A stretch of 64,000 nucleotides of DNA, taken from assembly GCA_016932045.1 (NCBI GenBank), contig JAFGDO010000001.1:1014-65013 (forward strand). The letters are read 5' to 3'. The position numbers and the translations under genes were made by a program. Positions 48,997-58,556 of this stretch are shown in pieces; positions within the stretch are counted from its first letter, which is position 1; the number at the start of each line of letters is the position of its first letter. The stretch is from Candidatus Dojkabacteria bacterium (GTDB lineage Bacteria; Patescibacteriota; Dojkabacteria; JAHIVN01). The notes under the pieces were generated by a model. The model made no database searches. It saw nothing but the letters and a program-made list of their open reading frames with translations, and was not told the DNA's origin.

Positions 48997-49422
48997 ATGA
49001 AGAAGTTGATTCTTTACTTTCTAACTAGCATAAGTGCCATTTGGCTTGTCGATCTTTTAGTATCGGGCTTTACTTTTAACGGAGGAGCAATCACTGTATT
49101 CCTTGTTATCCTTTTTATAGTTGTTGGCATATATCTTGCAGAATGGGTAATAACTAAAGCAGGGAAAAAATCCAGCATGCTTCTCTTCTTTGTCATAGGA
49201 TTATTCATCACTTTCTTCTCACTTTATTTTGCTTCGCTATTCCTTCAGGACTTTAACGTTGGTGCAGGATCACTGCAGGGACTAAAGATTGGATTTTTAT
49301 CTACACCAGTTATCAAGGGAATGGATCAGATCCTTTCACTCTTAATCGGGTCACTAATTGTTATGCTTGTTGCTACGGTAACAAGGTGGGCGCAAAAAGG
49401 AAGTTCAGCCGGAAAGGAATAA
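48997..49422 (+). CDS. Four-TM membrane protein (phage holin 4/DUF360-like)
   Basis: Four hydrophobic segments; LVSGFTF..FNV pattern. Confidence 0.5.
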   Translation: MKKLILYFLTSISAIWLVDLLVSGFTFNGGAITVFLVILFIVVGIYLAEWVITKAGKKSSMLLFFVIGLFITFFSLYFASLFLQDFNVGAGSLQGLKIGFLSTPVIKGMDQILSLLIGSLIVMLVATVTRWAQKGSSAGKE

Positions 49423-49474
49423 AACAAAAACTGAATTCTAATAGTTTTAAGCTCAAAGGCTGAGAGCCAAAAAA

Positions 49475-50605
49475 CTATTTCAACCTAACCTCAGGTCCAC
49501 TTTCAGGAGAAGACTCTTCTTTACTCGAAGCCTCTTTTAATGCTTCCTCATCAATATAGTATCTCCTCTTCGAAAATTTTAGAATGAAACCGCCCAAAGC
49601 AAGTATAAAACCCAAAACTACAAGAATCATAGCATATTGTCGGACCTCTCCTCGAAAACTAGCACTAGCAAGTTCAACCGGCCTCCTGAAAAGATCAATC
49701 AATTCCTCAACATATTCGCCAGATATTTTTCCCATCTGTTCTTGATACAAACCATCAATCTTCGCTTTCCCCCATAGACTCCCAAAGAGAAGAGATGACC
49801 CGGATAGCACCCATATAATGCCAATAAACATAAGTTTACTTGATAATTTCGGAACGAGAATAAACAGAATAAGCGAAAATACAAGTATGATTAGTGGGAT
49901 ATATATGTATAACTTTTTAATGATTGGATAGTTTGCCTTGATAAGTTGATTTAATTTATCAAAGCCATTTGAGTCTTTGTCCTCTTTTTTAAAAAACTCT
50001 TTCGAGCTGATGACATCCGTTTGAAAAAATTCCTGCTTCTCAAATTCCTCAGCCATTCTTTCATCAATCTCATCTAAGTTATAATCGGGTGGCAGACATT
50101 CAAGTTCTAGGGGATTTATATCCTGTCCCTCCATTGAAACGATTTCTTCCTGGCTACACTCCGGTAAAGCTTTGATTTGATCAAGAATGGAACTGGTCAC
50201 AATATCGATCATGATTCCACTTCTGTCGGAAAGATCAATTTCAAACTCAGGATATTCAGTCTCACCTTCGAGCCACACATAAACGGAGTCAATAATTTTT
50301 TCTGCATTCATTTTTAACCATTCAGGCGGGAAGACTTCATTAATGGATTCAACAAGTTCCGTCTCCTCATCAAGATTCACATGTTCAGACAATTCTTCTC
50401 CTGCCTCACTCTTTGCTATTTCAACCCAGACTGAAGCTAATTTGTCATAAACTCCACCGCGTGAAAGCCAGTCCTTTATGTTCTGAGAATCAGTTAATAC
50501 CTTGGTCACTGAGATTACAGTGATACCTACGGTAATCACTGAAAAAAGTATAGACGCTAGAATAACCGCAAGTATCCAACGAATACCAGAAAAACAGCTT
50601 TTCAT
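49475..50605 (-). CDS. Hypothetical membrane protein with a large extracytoplasmic loop
   Basis: One N-terminal and three C-terminal TMs; LPEC..CLPP disulfide-like pair. Confidence 0.65.
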   Translation of the reverse strand: MKSCFSGIRWILAVILASILFSVITVGITVISVTKVLTDSQNIKDWLSRGGVYDKLASVWVEIAKSEAGEELSEHVNLDEETELVESINEVFPPEWLKMNAEKIIDSVYVWLEGETEYPEFEIDLSDRSGIMIDIVTSSILDQIKALPECSQEEIVSMEGQDINPLELECLPPDYNLDEIDERMAEEFEKQEFFQTDVISSKEFFKKEDKDSNGFDKLNQLIKANYPIIKKLYIYIPLIILVFSLILFILVPKLSSKLMFIGIIWVLSGSSLLFGSLWGKAKIDGLYQEQMGKISGEYVEELIDLFRRPVELASASFRGEVRQYAMILVVLGFILALGGFILKFSKRRYYIDEEALKEASSKEESSPESGPEVRLK

Positions 50606-50691
50606 AAATTCGAACTTAATATCTAATTACTAAATTGTACAAGAATAAGTAGTATTATTCAAAGGCCGAAGGTGAAGTGTAAAGGTTGATG

Positions 50692-50842
50692 GTTACTATA
50701 CAACTATGTAGCTATCTAACTATCCGACTATACCCGCCCAAGGCGGACAAGTAACTATATGACAATATAACAATTATCCGATTATCAAATGATACAATTA
50801 TTCAATTGAGAATCAACAATGAAGCAATGCAGCTGATTGAAT
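50692..50842. repeat. Degenerate ~8-nt tandem array with an embedded palindrome
   Basis: ACTATACA-ACTATGTA-GCTATCTA-ACTATCCG-ACTATA [CCCGCCCAAGGCGGAC] ..ACTATATG-ACAATATA-ACAATTAT. Confidence 0.7.
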
Positions 50843-50843
50843 T

Positions 50844-51515
50844 CTACGTCAATATCATCAACAACCCAAGTAGTATCATGACAACCCCCATGATAAATCT
50901 CATTCCTTTTTTATTCTTCTTTCTCCATGCATTTAAGGTTTCAGAGGAAAGACTGAAGTGAGCAATGAAAAGTATAATGATCAAAGGAAAAACAAATATC
51001 AGGTTATAAAAAAGTAGATAAAATACTCCTTGTATGAAACTAGCTTGCTCTGCAAGAAGTCCTATGATCGCAATATAAATTCCTCCTGTACAGGGTAGCT
51101 CAAAAAAAGAAACTATAATGCCTAATGCTATGGCAGAAGGAATTGATGCTTTTTGAATATATTTCTGAATAATGGGTTTTTTGGATTCGGGTATCGCAAG
51201 AGAAAATCCGTGACCTTCAAAGAAAACATCTTTTAAGTTTATAAGGCCAGCAATAATTACAGCAATAGCAGCAATATTATAAATTATTTTTGTAATTTCG
51301 AGCTTCTGTACAAAAGCAAGTAATCCAAGCCCGGCTAGGAAATAGGTTAGATACACAAAAAGAATATACACAATTCCGATTGATAAAAGCTTCCCTCCTC
51401 TTTTTTTTACAGAGATAAGAAAAGTGACAAGGAATATAAGAACTGCTATGGCACATGGATTTATGGAATCCCCAAGAGCACCTAGAATGATAAGAGGAAT
51501 AGTAAGCTCTGTCAT
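50844..51515 (-). CDS. CcdA/DsbD-like transmembrane disulfide-transfer protein
   Basis: DSINPCA and ELPCTGGIY. Confidence 0.85.
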   Translation of the reverse strand: MTELTIPLIILGALGDSINPCAIAVLIFLVTFLISVKKRGGKLLSIGIVYILFVYLTYFLAGLGLLAFVQKLEITKIIYNIAAIAVIIAGLINLKDVFFEGHGFSLAIPESKKPIIQKYIQKASIPSAIALGIIVSFFELPCTGGIYIAIIGLLAEQASFIQGVFYLLFYNLIFVFPLIIILFIAHFSLSSETLNAWRKKNKKGMRFIMGVVMILLGLLMILT

Positions 51516-52000
51516 TTGTCTTTCTTCCGAGCAAGTAATAAAAATAAAACTGAAACTCCCAGTCCTAAACCAAGGATCAGAAGAACTATTTTAACTGAAC
51601 GATTCTTTGCAGTATCATCGTTCTCAAATTCATAACCCTCAGTTGATACATTATACTTTTCACCCAGATAGCTAATTATTTGATCAGCAGAATTAATAAT
51701 CTGACCGCTATCATAAAGTAAAGGCACACCACGCTCGAGGATATCAATTCCTGCCTCATCGCAAACTTTGCTGTAATAATCCGCATTGGAAGGATCCTCA
51801 CGAATATCAAGAATTTCAATACCCTCTAATCCCTTATCGGATATGAAGCCCTTTACCTTCTCACAATACGGACATCCCTCCTCTACAAACAACACAACAC
51901 TTTCGTTCTCACCTTCTGCTAAAACTCCCATGGGCGCAAATAAAAGTGACAGAAGCACTGTAATAAATAATGAGATTTTGGTTATCAAACCTGTTTTCAT
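51512..52000 (-). CDS. Exported glutaredoxin-like protein with a C-terminal TM
   Basis: Signal peptide, GCPYC, GVPLL. Confidence 0.85.
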   Translation of the reverse strand: MKTGLITKISLFITVLLSLLFAPMGVLAEGENESVVLFVEEGCPYCEKVKGFISDKGLEGIEILDIREDPSNADYYSKVCDEAGIDILERGVPLLYDSGQIINSADQIISYLGEKYNVSTEGYEFENDDTAKNRSVKIVLLILGLGLGVSVLFLLLARKKDK

Positions 52001-52088
52001 ACGAAACGAATTTTACTACTTAAATTTTATTGGATCAAGTTCTCTTACCAGAAGTTTGTTATTAGATACTAGATATGAGATATGAGTT

Positions 52089-53426
52089 TTAGAAAAACAT
52101 CACATCCCCAAACTCTGTAATCTTAGTCGTTTCCCCCGTATGGATATTTACAAGCAACAAATCTTCTTTTACAGAATACCAATCACTAAAGTCTCCATAC
52201 TCAAATAAAGTAATGAAATAGTCATCATCTATCCAATAATTTCTGGAAGCGATCTTTTCATTAGCCCCAGGTGATGCTACAACCCTTTTCTCAAGAGTAT
52301 TTAAGTCTACTAGTATAAGCTCAAAGTGCGGTTGATGGGGAACGACCTCTCCTTTTTTTCTTTCGTATAAAACATATCTTCTACCTGGTGAAATCCATAT
52401 AAATGGTTGAAGTACAGCCCATTCACCTTCGTCAAGTTTTTTTTCGACCCCCCCTTTTTCCACAAATAGTTCAGTACCCTCGGCAATACTCCCAATATGT
52501 CTAAAGGTAATATTCTTCTCTTCAAGAAAGTGATAAACATATACTTCTTCATCTGAAGTGGCAATTAATTGAGCATCACCAGTGTTGACATTTATCTTGT
52601 AAATGCCCTCTCCAAGTCCATATTCATGATAATTGTAAGCTGCCGCATGCGTATATATGTTCTGACCATCTTTATCCCAGTTCGCAACCATCAAAAAATC
52701 TCCCAGATAAACTTTTTTATCAGTTACCATGTTATAAGCATAGAACCCGACTTTCCTTTCAGGATATGGATCCATTTCCATACATATATCTACACAATCC
52801 TCCTTTTGGAAAAAAATGACTTCATATATTATGACATCTTCCTTCGGGGATATAGAGATAGTATTATTCCCCTGTATACCAGCTCTTGCTTCTAATGTAT
52901 CAGTTTCCACGATCTCCTTTATTCTGCCAGTTTCTAAGTTATAAGCAAGCAATATATGCTCCTCATAATTCTTATAGAAAATCCACTTTTCATTCGGACC
53001 ATTAAACACTTCAGAAACGCTTGTTATTCCCAGAGATCTTTGATTTGTTCCGTCCCAATCTGAGATCCACAATTCATCATCTTCGCTCCCCTCCCCCTTT
53101 CTGCGCACAAAAGCTATCTTTTTTACCGCGGGTAATAATGGCTCCTCGGCATCATCTTTTTCTTGCTCTTCACTAGATTCTTCTTTGACCTCTGATGTTT
53201 CCTCCTGTTCCTCTTCAGTTACCTCTTCCTCGATCTGACTCTTGTAGATAAAATAAATGCCAATGCACAAACCTAGAAGGAATAACAAACCAACAAAAAC
53301 TCCTAAAACGATTATTACTAATTTCTTTTTATCTCTTTTCTTACCTGGTAAGTCAACATTCTGTTTCTCCATAACTTGATTTTTAACCTCAACTTCATCT
53401 TTATGATTAGGTAAATCTTCTTGCAT
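52089..53426 (-). CDS. Membrane-anchored TolB-like beta-propeller protein
   Basis: TM, acidic linker, KIAFVR..LWISDWDG, ISP repeats. Confidence 0.6.
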   Translation of the reverse strand: MQEDLPNHKDEVEVKNQVMEKQNVDLPGKKRDKKKLVIIVLGVFVGLLFLLGLCIGIYFIYKSQIEEEVTEEEQEETSEVKEESSEEQEKDDAEEPLLPAVKKIAFVRRKGEGSEDDELWISDWDGTNQRSLGITSVSEVFNGPNEKWIFYKNYEEHILLAYNLETGRIKEIVETDTLEARAGIQGNNTISISPKEDVIIYEVIFFQKEDCVDICMEMDPYPERKVGFYAYNMVTDKKVYLGDFLMVANWDKDGQNIYTHAAAYNYHEYGLGEGIYKINVNTGDAQLIATSDEEVYVYHFLEEKNITFRHIGSIAEGTELFVEKGGVEKKLDEGEWAVLQPFIWISPGRRYVLYERKKGEVVPHQPHFELILVDLNTLEKRVVASPGANEKIASRNYWIDDDYFITLFEYGDFSDWYSVKEDLLLVNIHTGETTKITEFGDVMFF

Positions 53427-53587
53427 TATAAAATCTTAATATATTAACACTTTAACAATATAGCACACAGTAATAATCGAAGTGAAATTATAACTGCATT
53501 TAACACTAAATATAACAAATCAGACGAAGTGCTACTTTATATTTCATATACTTGGAACATTTTTTTTTTGCAGTTATAATGACCTAT

Positions 53588-55414
53588 ATGAAGCAATCTG
53601 CGAATAGCATAAAACCGCATGGGTACTGGAGTTTTAGAATCCCCTCTTGGAACCTTATTCTAATAGGTATTCTTGCAATTACAATAACCTCATTTTTACT
53701 TATATTTGAATACATAGTTAATAAAGGCAGCCTTGGAGCGCCTCTTGATGATGTCTATATTCACTTTCAATTCTCAAAGAATCTTGCAGAAGGAAAAGGT
53801 TTTGCCTTTAATGCGAATGAGCCTACCCCAGGCTCAACCTCACCAGCCTGGACGCTGCTGATAACACTTCCCTATTTACTAATTAAGAATCACTTACTGA
53901 TTGCAAAAACCTTCAGTGTCATATTCTACATTCTTACTGGAACTGTTACATACTTTCTAGGAAAAGAGATTCTAAAATCAAGAAAGTGGGCTTTTATGGC
54001 TTCTATATTCACGCTTCTTACAGGTCGCTTTGCCTGGTCAGCACTTTCAGGAATGGAGGTTAGCCTATTTACTTTCCTTTTAAGTTTGGCTTTGTTTTTA
54101 CATTTAAAGAACAAGAGCCGATTCCTTATAGCAGGAGTGCTTGGGATAGCATCAACCGTAAGACCCGAAGGATATCTGATAACAATCTTTTACTTCCTGA
54201 TTCTACTAATAAAATCCATTAGTTCCTTTCAATCATCTAGATCAAGTCAATCGAAATTACTAAGTCGATTTATAGTTACAGGCATAAAAGACCTGCTAGT
54301 ACCAGGAATAATATATATGGCAATAATCGCTCCCTACCTAATCTTCAGCTTCAAAACAACAGGCTCATTTTTACCAAACACATTTACAGCACAAAGTATA
54401 GCCTCAACTACCCTATTCTTTAAGGTGAAAATGGCTATCTTATATATACTTAGATATTTCTACCTGGTCTTTATTGATAATCCTTTTATAGCTCTAGCAT
54501 TACCTTTTGGACTTTATTACATTGTTAAAAGTGCGATTAGAGGAAGGGGGGAATATAGATTCTTGGCTCTGGTAGCTATCGGATTTCCAATAATCGCAAG
54601 TCTTGCGGCACCAAATCTTCGTCATCATGGCAGGTACACCATCCCATTCATACCAATTTATACGATCATTGCGCTTGAGGGATTTAAGCAATACTATAGC
54701 AATCCATTATCAGACTTTTCCGTACGAAGATTTGCTTGTAGAACAAGGATGTTCCTTATGGCTATTGCTTCACTTATAATTGTCCTAGTCTTTGATAAAG
54801 TATTGACAGTTTTAAATGTGGATTCAAAGATAACATTCTTTCTAATAATTACTACATATATTCTGTTTAATATCGGAGTCGGTGCAATTGCAAATAAGTT
54901 CCTGCCGAATAAGTTAATAAAAAATAATCCCCAACTCTTCATATATATTTTTGCGATCATTTTACAGTTAATCCTACTTTTCAATTGGGCATCAACTTAC
55001 GCCTGGAATGTCAAAAATATCAACGATATGCATGTAACTTTAGGAAAGTGGATTAATGAGAATACACCCATGGATAGCGTAATTGCTCTAAATGATATAG
55101 GAGCAATTACATATTATTCACAAAGGGAAATAATTGATCTGGTAGGTTTGGTTTCTCCAGATGTTTTGGAAGTTACTGACGGCTTATCAAAGGAGGAGCG
55201 TGAAGCTCCATTGTGGCAATACTTAAAGGAAAAGCAGCCCGACTACATAATAATACTTCCCTGCTGGTATCCTGAAATATCAAAAAAGGAGGAATTGAAA
55301 GAAATGAAAAGAATCCGACTCGACAAATATTTAATCATAGATTGCGAGATGGTGGTTTATGAATGGAATGAATCGGAACAATCCTTTAATGAAATCAAAC
55401 TGATGTTTGAATAA
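53588..55414 (+). CDS. GT-C fold polytopic glycosyltransferase
   Basis: LDDVYIHFQFSKNL, GSTSPAW, SGME, RPEG, DIGAITYYS..IIDLVGLVSP; start uncertain. Confidence 0.8.
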   Translation: MKQSANSIKPHGYWSFRIPSWNLILIGILAITITSFLLIFEYIVNKGSLGAPLDDVYIHFQFSKNLAEGKGFAFNANEPTPGSTSPAWTLLITLPYLLIKNHLLIAKTFSVIFYILTGTVTYFLGKEILKSRKWAFMASIFTLLTGRFAWSALSGMEVSLFTFLLSLALFLHLKNKSRFLIAGVLGIASTVRPEGYLITIFYFLILLIKSISSFQSSRSSQSKLLSRFIVTGIKDLLVPGIIYMAIIAPYLIFSFKTTGSFLPNTFTAQSIASTTLFFKVKMAILYILRYFYLVFIDNPFIALALPFGLYYIVKSAIRGRGEYRFLALVAIGFPIIASLAAPNLRHHGRYTIPFIPIYTIIALEGFKQYYSNPLSDFSVRRFACRTRMFLMAIASLIIVLVFDKVLTVLNVDSKITFFLIITTYILFNIGVGAIANKFLPNKLIKNNPQLFIYIFAIILQLILLFNWASTYAWNVKNINDMHVTLGKWINENTPMDSVIALNDIGAITYYSQREIIDLVGLVSPDVLEVTDGLSKEEREAPLWQYLKEKQPDYIIILPCWYPEISKKEELKEMKRIRLDKYLIIDCEMVVYEWNESEQSFNEIKLMFE

Positions 55415-55417
55415 TCT

Positions 55418-57178
55418 TTAGTCAAATACAAAGTGATACCTCGGAAGCATCACCTCAAACATATTTAAAATTACTCTCTGTGTAAACTCATCTATCGAAA
55501 GTCCATGCATTAAGCCACTGTGAAATCGCGCTAGATGTTGTTTAAACATTATAGAAAATCTCGCAATTCTTTCCATCTCTCCTTCTGTCAACACACGCAC
55601 ACCAATTTGCCTTAACCAAGCCATTTCCGTTTCCATTTCATCACCAGCAATGCCTCTATTGAATTCTAGCGCAGCCCTACATTCTCGAACAAATCTTCCT
55701 CTTGCAATTAAACGTACAACATGAGTCTGGACTCTTTGGTAAATTATACCTACTCTATCAAAAGTACTAGTTTTCTTTTCTACACCGCTAATAATACTTG
55801 CTTGTCCCAATAAAGCTTCAAGTCTTAAAACTTCTGCCAAAACATAGCTTTCCATATAAGGTCCAACAATATTCCAATATAAATACCTAGCCTCTTGTTC
55901 ATCATTTTTGACTAATGGAATAGGCCTCCTTGCACCAAGCAATTCATGAACAGCAATACTATCTAAAGACCCGTGAATAAATACTCTTAATGGGAACAAA
56001 CGCGTAACTAAATTATACTCAATTAAGCAGTTATACAGAAAAGAAGTATACCAATTCCCAGGTAATGATACCTGTGACTCTTTCATTCTTCCTAATATAT
56101 TTTCGTATGCAGTTGGATCGATAAATCGGGCAATAGCTGCATTTAATGTATCTAGAGAGAACCCTTCTCTCTTCATAAATTCAAGCATACATCCGTCAGG
56201 ATCACCCTTTGGACCAAAAAGTCTGTGGCTTGCACACTGCCATGAATATGGAAATAAAGCATGTAAAGAACCAGTGTGAGCAAGGAGCATAAAAAACATC
56301 TCCCCCATCCCATGCCGATTCGCATCAGCAAACCCTTGGCGTAATACTCGTTCTGCTGAATCTGAGATTATCCTGACTTCTTCTAATGTATGTTCCGTAT
56401 TTCTAAAACTTAACCACCATGCTCTTATCGCATTTAAACCTACTAATGTTGCTGCAAGAAAGGGTGTTCGGGCTACTTCACGCTGATACCTGAGCATGCT
56501 TGATGCAAACCTGGTTCTAGCTTCATTTAATCCAGGTGCAAATGGCAAGGCAATTGCAGTCCAATTCTCACCAATCGCATCCAGTGCTCCTTCATAGGCA
56601 GATACACTTCTATAACCATCTGGTAATATTTCAATAGCTACAATAGCCGTAGCCATCCTTTGCAAAGCAAAAACAGCAGAAAAAACGTCTGTTGAAGACT
56701 TAGGACGGTACGGTACATCAATATCAGCAAGATAATCTCCGGTAGTCTTATCATATATCTTAAGGTAAATAATGTCTGTTCTTCTGACAACCTCTACCCT
56801 ATACTCTTCTCGAAGAATATCTAAATATCTCTGATCTAGTAGATCTTGCTCGATCAATCCAACAATCAGAAGATCTAGATCACAAACTTCTTCGTCAAGT
56901 TGTCCTAGCTCAACAAGAGCTGCCCTACCTGTTAAGAAGACTCCTCTAACAGAGTCGCCAAAACACCTTACGGTTCGTTCCCTAATGTCCTGCATCGGTC
57001 TGTGAAATTCGTCTAGTCTTTCTAGAGATTCAATTTTATCCCCTGTTTCCAGCGGCAAATCAGTCCCGATTGCTGCTGGATCCATATCTGCGCCTCTAAG
57101 TCGCATTAAAGCAACCTGAGTGCCCCCTGAGGGATCAAGGGGATTTGCTCTATTTGTAAGTGATTCTTCTTGACTCAT
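55418..57178 (-). CDS. Divergent nucleotidyltransferase (class II CCA/poly(A) polymerase-like head) with a helical C-terminus
   Basis: VFLTGRAA..CDLDLLI..DIDV; YEGALDAI; 4-nt overlap with the upstream gene. Confidence 0.5.
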   Translation of the reverse strand: MSQEESLTNRANPLDPSGGTQVALMRLRGADMDPAAIGTDLPLETGDKIESLERLDEFHRPMQDIRERTVRCFGDSVRGVFLTGRAALVELGQLDEEVCDLDLLIVGLIEQDLLDQRYLDILREEYRVEVVRRTDIIYLKIYDKTTGDYLADIDVPYRPKSSTDVFSAVFALQRMATAIVAIEILPDGYRSVSAYEGALDAIGENWTAIALPFAPGLNEARTRFASSMLRYQREVARTPFLAATLVGLNAIRAWWLSFRNTEHTLEEVRIISDSAERVLRQGFADANRHGMGEMFFMLLAHTGSLHALFPYSWQCASHRLFGPKGDPDGCMLEFMKREGFSLDTLNAAIARFIDPTAYENILGRMKESQVSLPGNWYTSFLYNCLIEYNLVTRLFPLRVFIHGSLDSIAVHELLGARRPIPLVKNDEQEARYLYWNIVGPYMESYVLAEVLRLEALLGQASIISGVEKKTSTFDRVGIIYQRVQTHVVRLIARGRFVRECRAALEFNRGIAGDEMETEMAWLRQIGVRVLTEGEMERIARFSIMFKQHLARFHSGLMHGLSIDEFTQRVILNMFEVMLPRYHFVFD

Positions 57179-58431
57179 GATAGTAAAACATAACCTTGGT
57201 TTCTAACTGTAATAATTGAAACAACAGCGCCGTGTTTCTTCAGTTTTTTGCGAATTCTCGAAATAGTCTTGTCAATTGCCCAATTAGAATATTTTTCATC
57301 TTCTGCATCTTTCCACAAAATCCTTGCGATCTCATCTCTTGTAACCACTTCCCCCTTTCTAGTCTGCAACTTTTTGTAAACAAGTAGTTCTTTTCCCTTA
57401 AGTACCTCAAGGGCTGAAACCTTACCAATGCTTTGCACTTCCTTAAACCGTCTTTCCAGAATAAAAGAGCTTATCCATTCGGATGTGATCTCGCCTGATC
57501 TCGATATAAGTCCAAGGTTAGCTAGTGTAGAGTTTTGCTTTTGTTTAGTAAGAATTTGTTTTGAGGCCTTTGTAGCTTCAATTCTTTGATCAAAATCCAA
57601 AGAATTCCACAGGTTAACTATTTCTCTAGTAATGAGTTTATTTTCAAAAATCTTCTCAAGCATGCTAGTTGAGAATTCCACATCAGCCAAATTTAGAAGT
57701 TTAATTGTATTCAGTACCAAAGGGTAATAACCTCCAGTAAGCTCAAAAATTCTTTTCTTTGTATCTTTTTCTAGTTTAACCTTAAAGTATGAGCAGAATC
57801 TTTCAATTGTATAATTTGTTTCAGTTCGATCAAGTATTGAAAAGTAGATTACGTTCTCATTCATCGCTGTGCGTAAGGGATCAAAGAAGGCTGGAAAAGT
57901 TTCCTCTTGAGGACTTTTTGAATGAAGTAGAAAAACAAGTGATAAGGGATTATTTGGTGGCTGCCTCCTTATCTCCCAGAGGGCTTTAAGAGCTTCTCCC
58001 GCTTCTCTTGGTAAATCCCAGAAAATTTCAGGCCTTGAAATAAAAATTGTTAAGTGCTCATCTCTTGAGGCAAGATTAAGTAAGTATCTTTGTATATTTG
58101 TAAGCAGGACAATCGGATCTTCAGTTTGTACGTGAGTATAAGACTGATCTTGTATCTCAAGTTTTAGGCTTAGCTGAAACAGCCAATGATAGGGGTTATC
58201 AGTAATAACCGGAATTGGTTCAAAGTAAAGAATTTTGTAAACACTCTCATACTCAGGTAAGAACGAACGAACTATCTTCTTTTCCTGCAATAAAAATTGT
58301 AAATATCCACTCTTTGCACTTTCAGGAAGACCGATAAAACTTCCAGATTGTTTCTTTCTGACAACTTCAAATAAAGGAGAATATCTTTTTTTGAGTTTTT
58401 CCGGGGGCAGCGGATAGTAAAAGTCCGCCAT
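57175..58431 (-). CDS. One-component regulator: degenerate AAA/P-loop domain plus OmpR/PhoB-type winged helix
   Basis: IGLPESAKS, LTGGYYPL; C-terminal GEVVTRDEIARILW..WAIDKTISRIRKKL..ITVRNQGY. Confidence 0.85.
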   Translation of the reverse strand: MADFYYPLPPEKLKKRYSPLFEVVRKKQSGSFIGLPESAKSGYLQFLLQEKKIVRSFLPEYESVYKILYFEPIPVITDNPYHWLFQLSLKLEIQDQSYTHVQTEDPIVLLTNIQRYLLNLASRDEHLTIFISRPEIFWDLPREAGEALKALWEIRRQPPNNPLSLVFLLHSKSPQEETFPAFFDPLRTAMNENVIYFSILDRTETNYTIERFCSYFKVKLEKDTKKRIFELTGGYYPLVLNTIKLLNLADVEFSTSMLEKIFENKLITREIVNLWNSLDFDQRIEATKASKQILTKQKQNSTLANLGLISRSGEITSEWISSFILERRFKEVQSIGKVSALEVLKGKELLVYKKLQTRKGEVVTRDEIARILWKDAEDEKYSNWAIDKTISRIRKKLKKHGAVVSIITVRNQGYVLLS

Positions 58432-58460
58432 AGATGAATTTTATCATAACGCAAGTGCTC

Positions 58461-58498
58461 TTGTCACCCAAGGTCAGATTACGTCAGGTATAAGATCA
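58461..58498. promoter_or_regulatory. Phased GTCA direct repeats (putative wHTH binding site)
   Basis: GTCA at 58463, 58473 and 58483, an exact 10-bp period, in the divergent intergenic region. Confidence 0.6.
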
Positions 58499-58556
58499 AG
58501 CAACGAGAAATTTAGGAAGTTAAAATTCTAAGACATAATGTATGGAATAGTAATAT

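Noticed and set aside
44890-49422. Prophage suggested by the XRE regulator and holin-like gene
   Set aside because: No integrase, structural or replication genes; both families are common in chromosomes.
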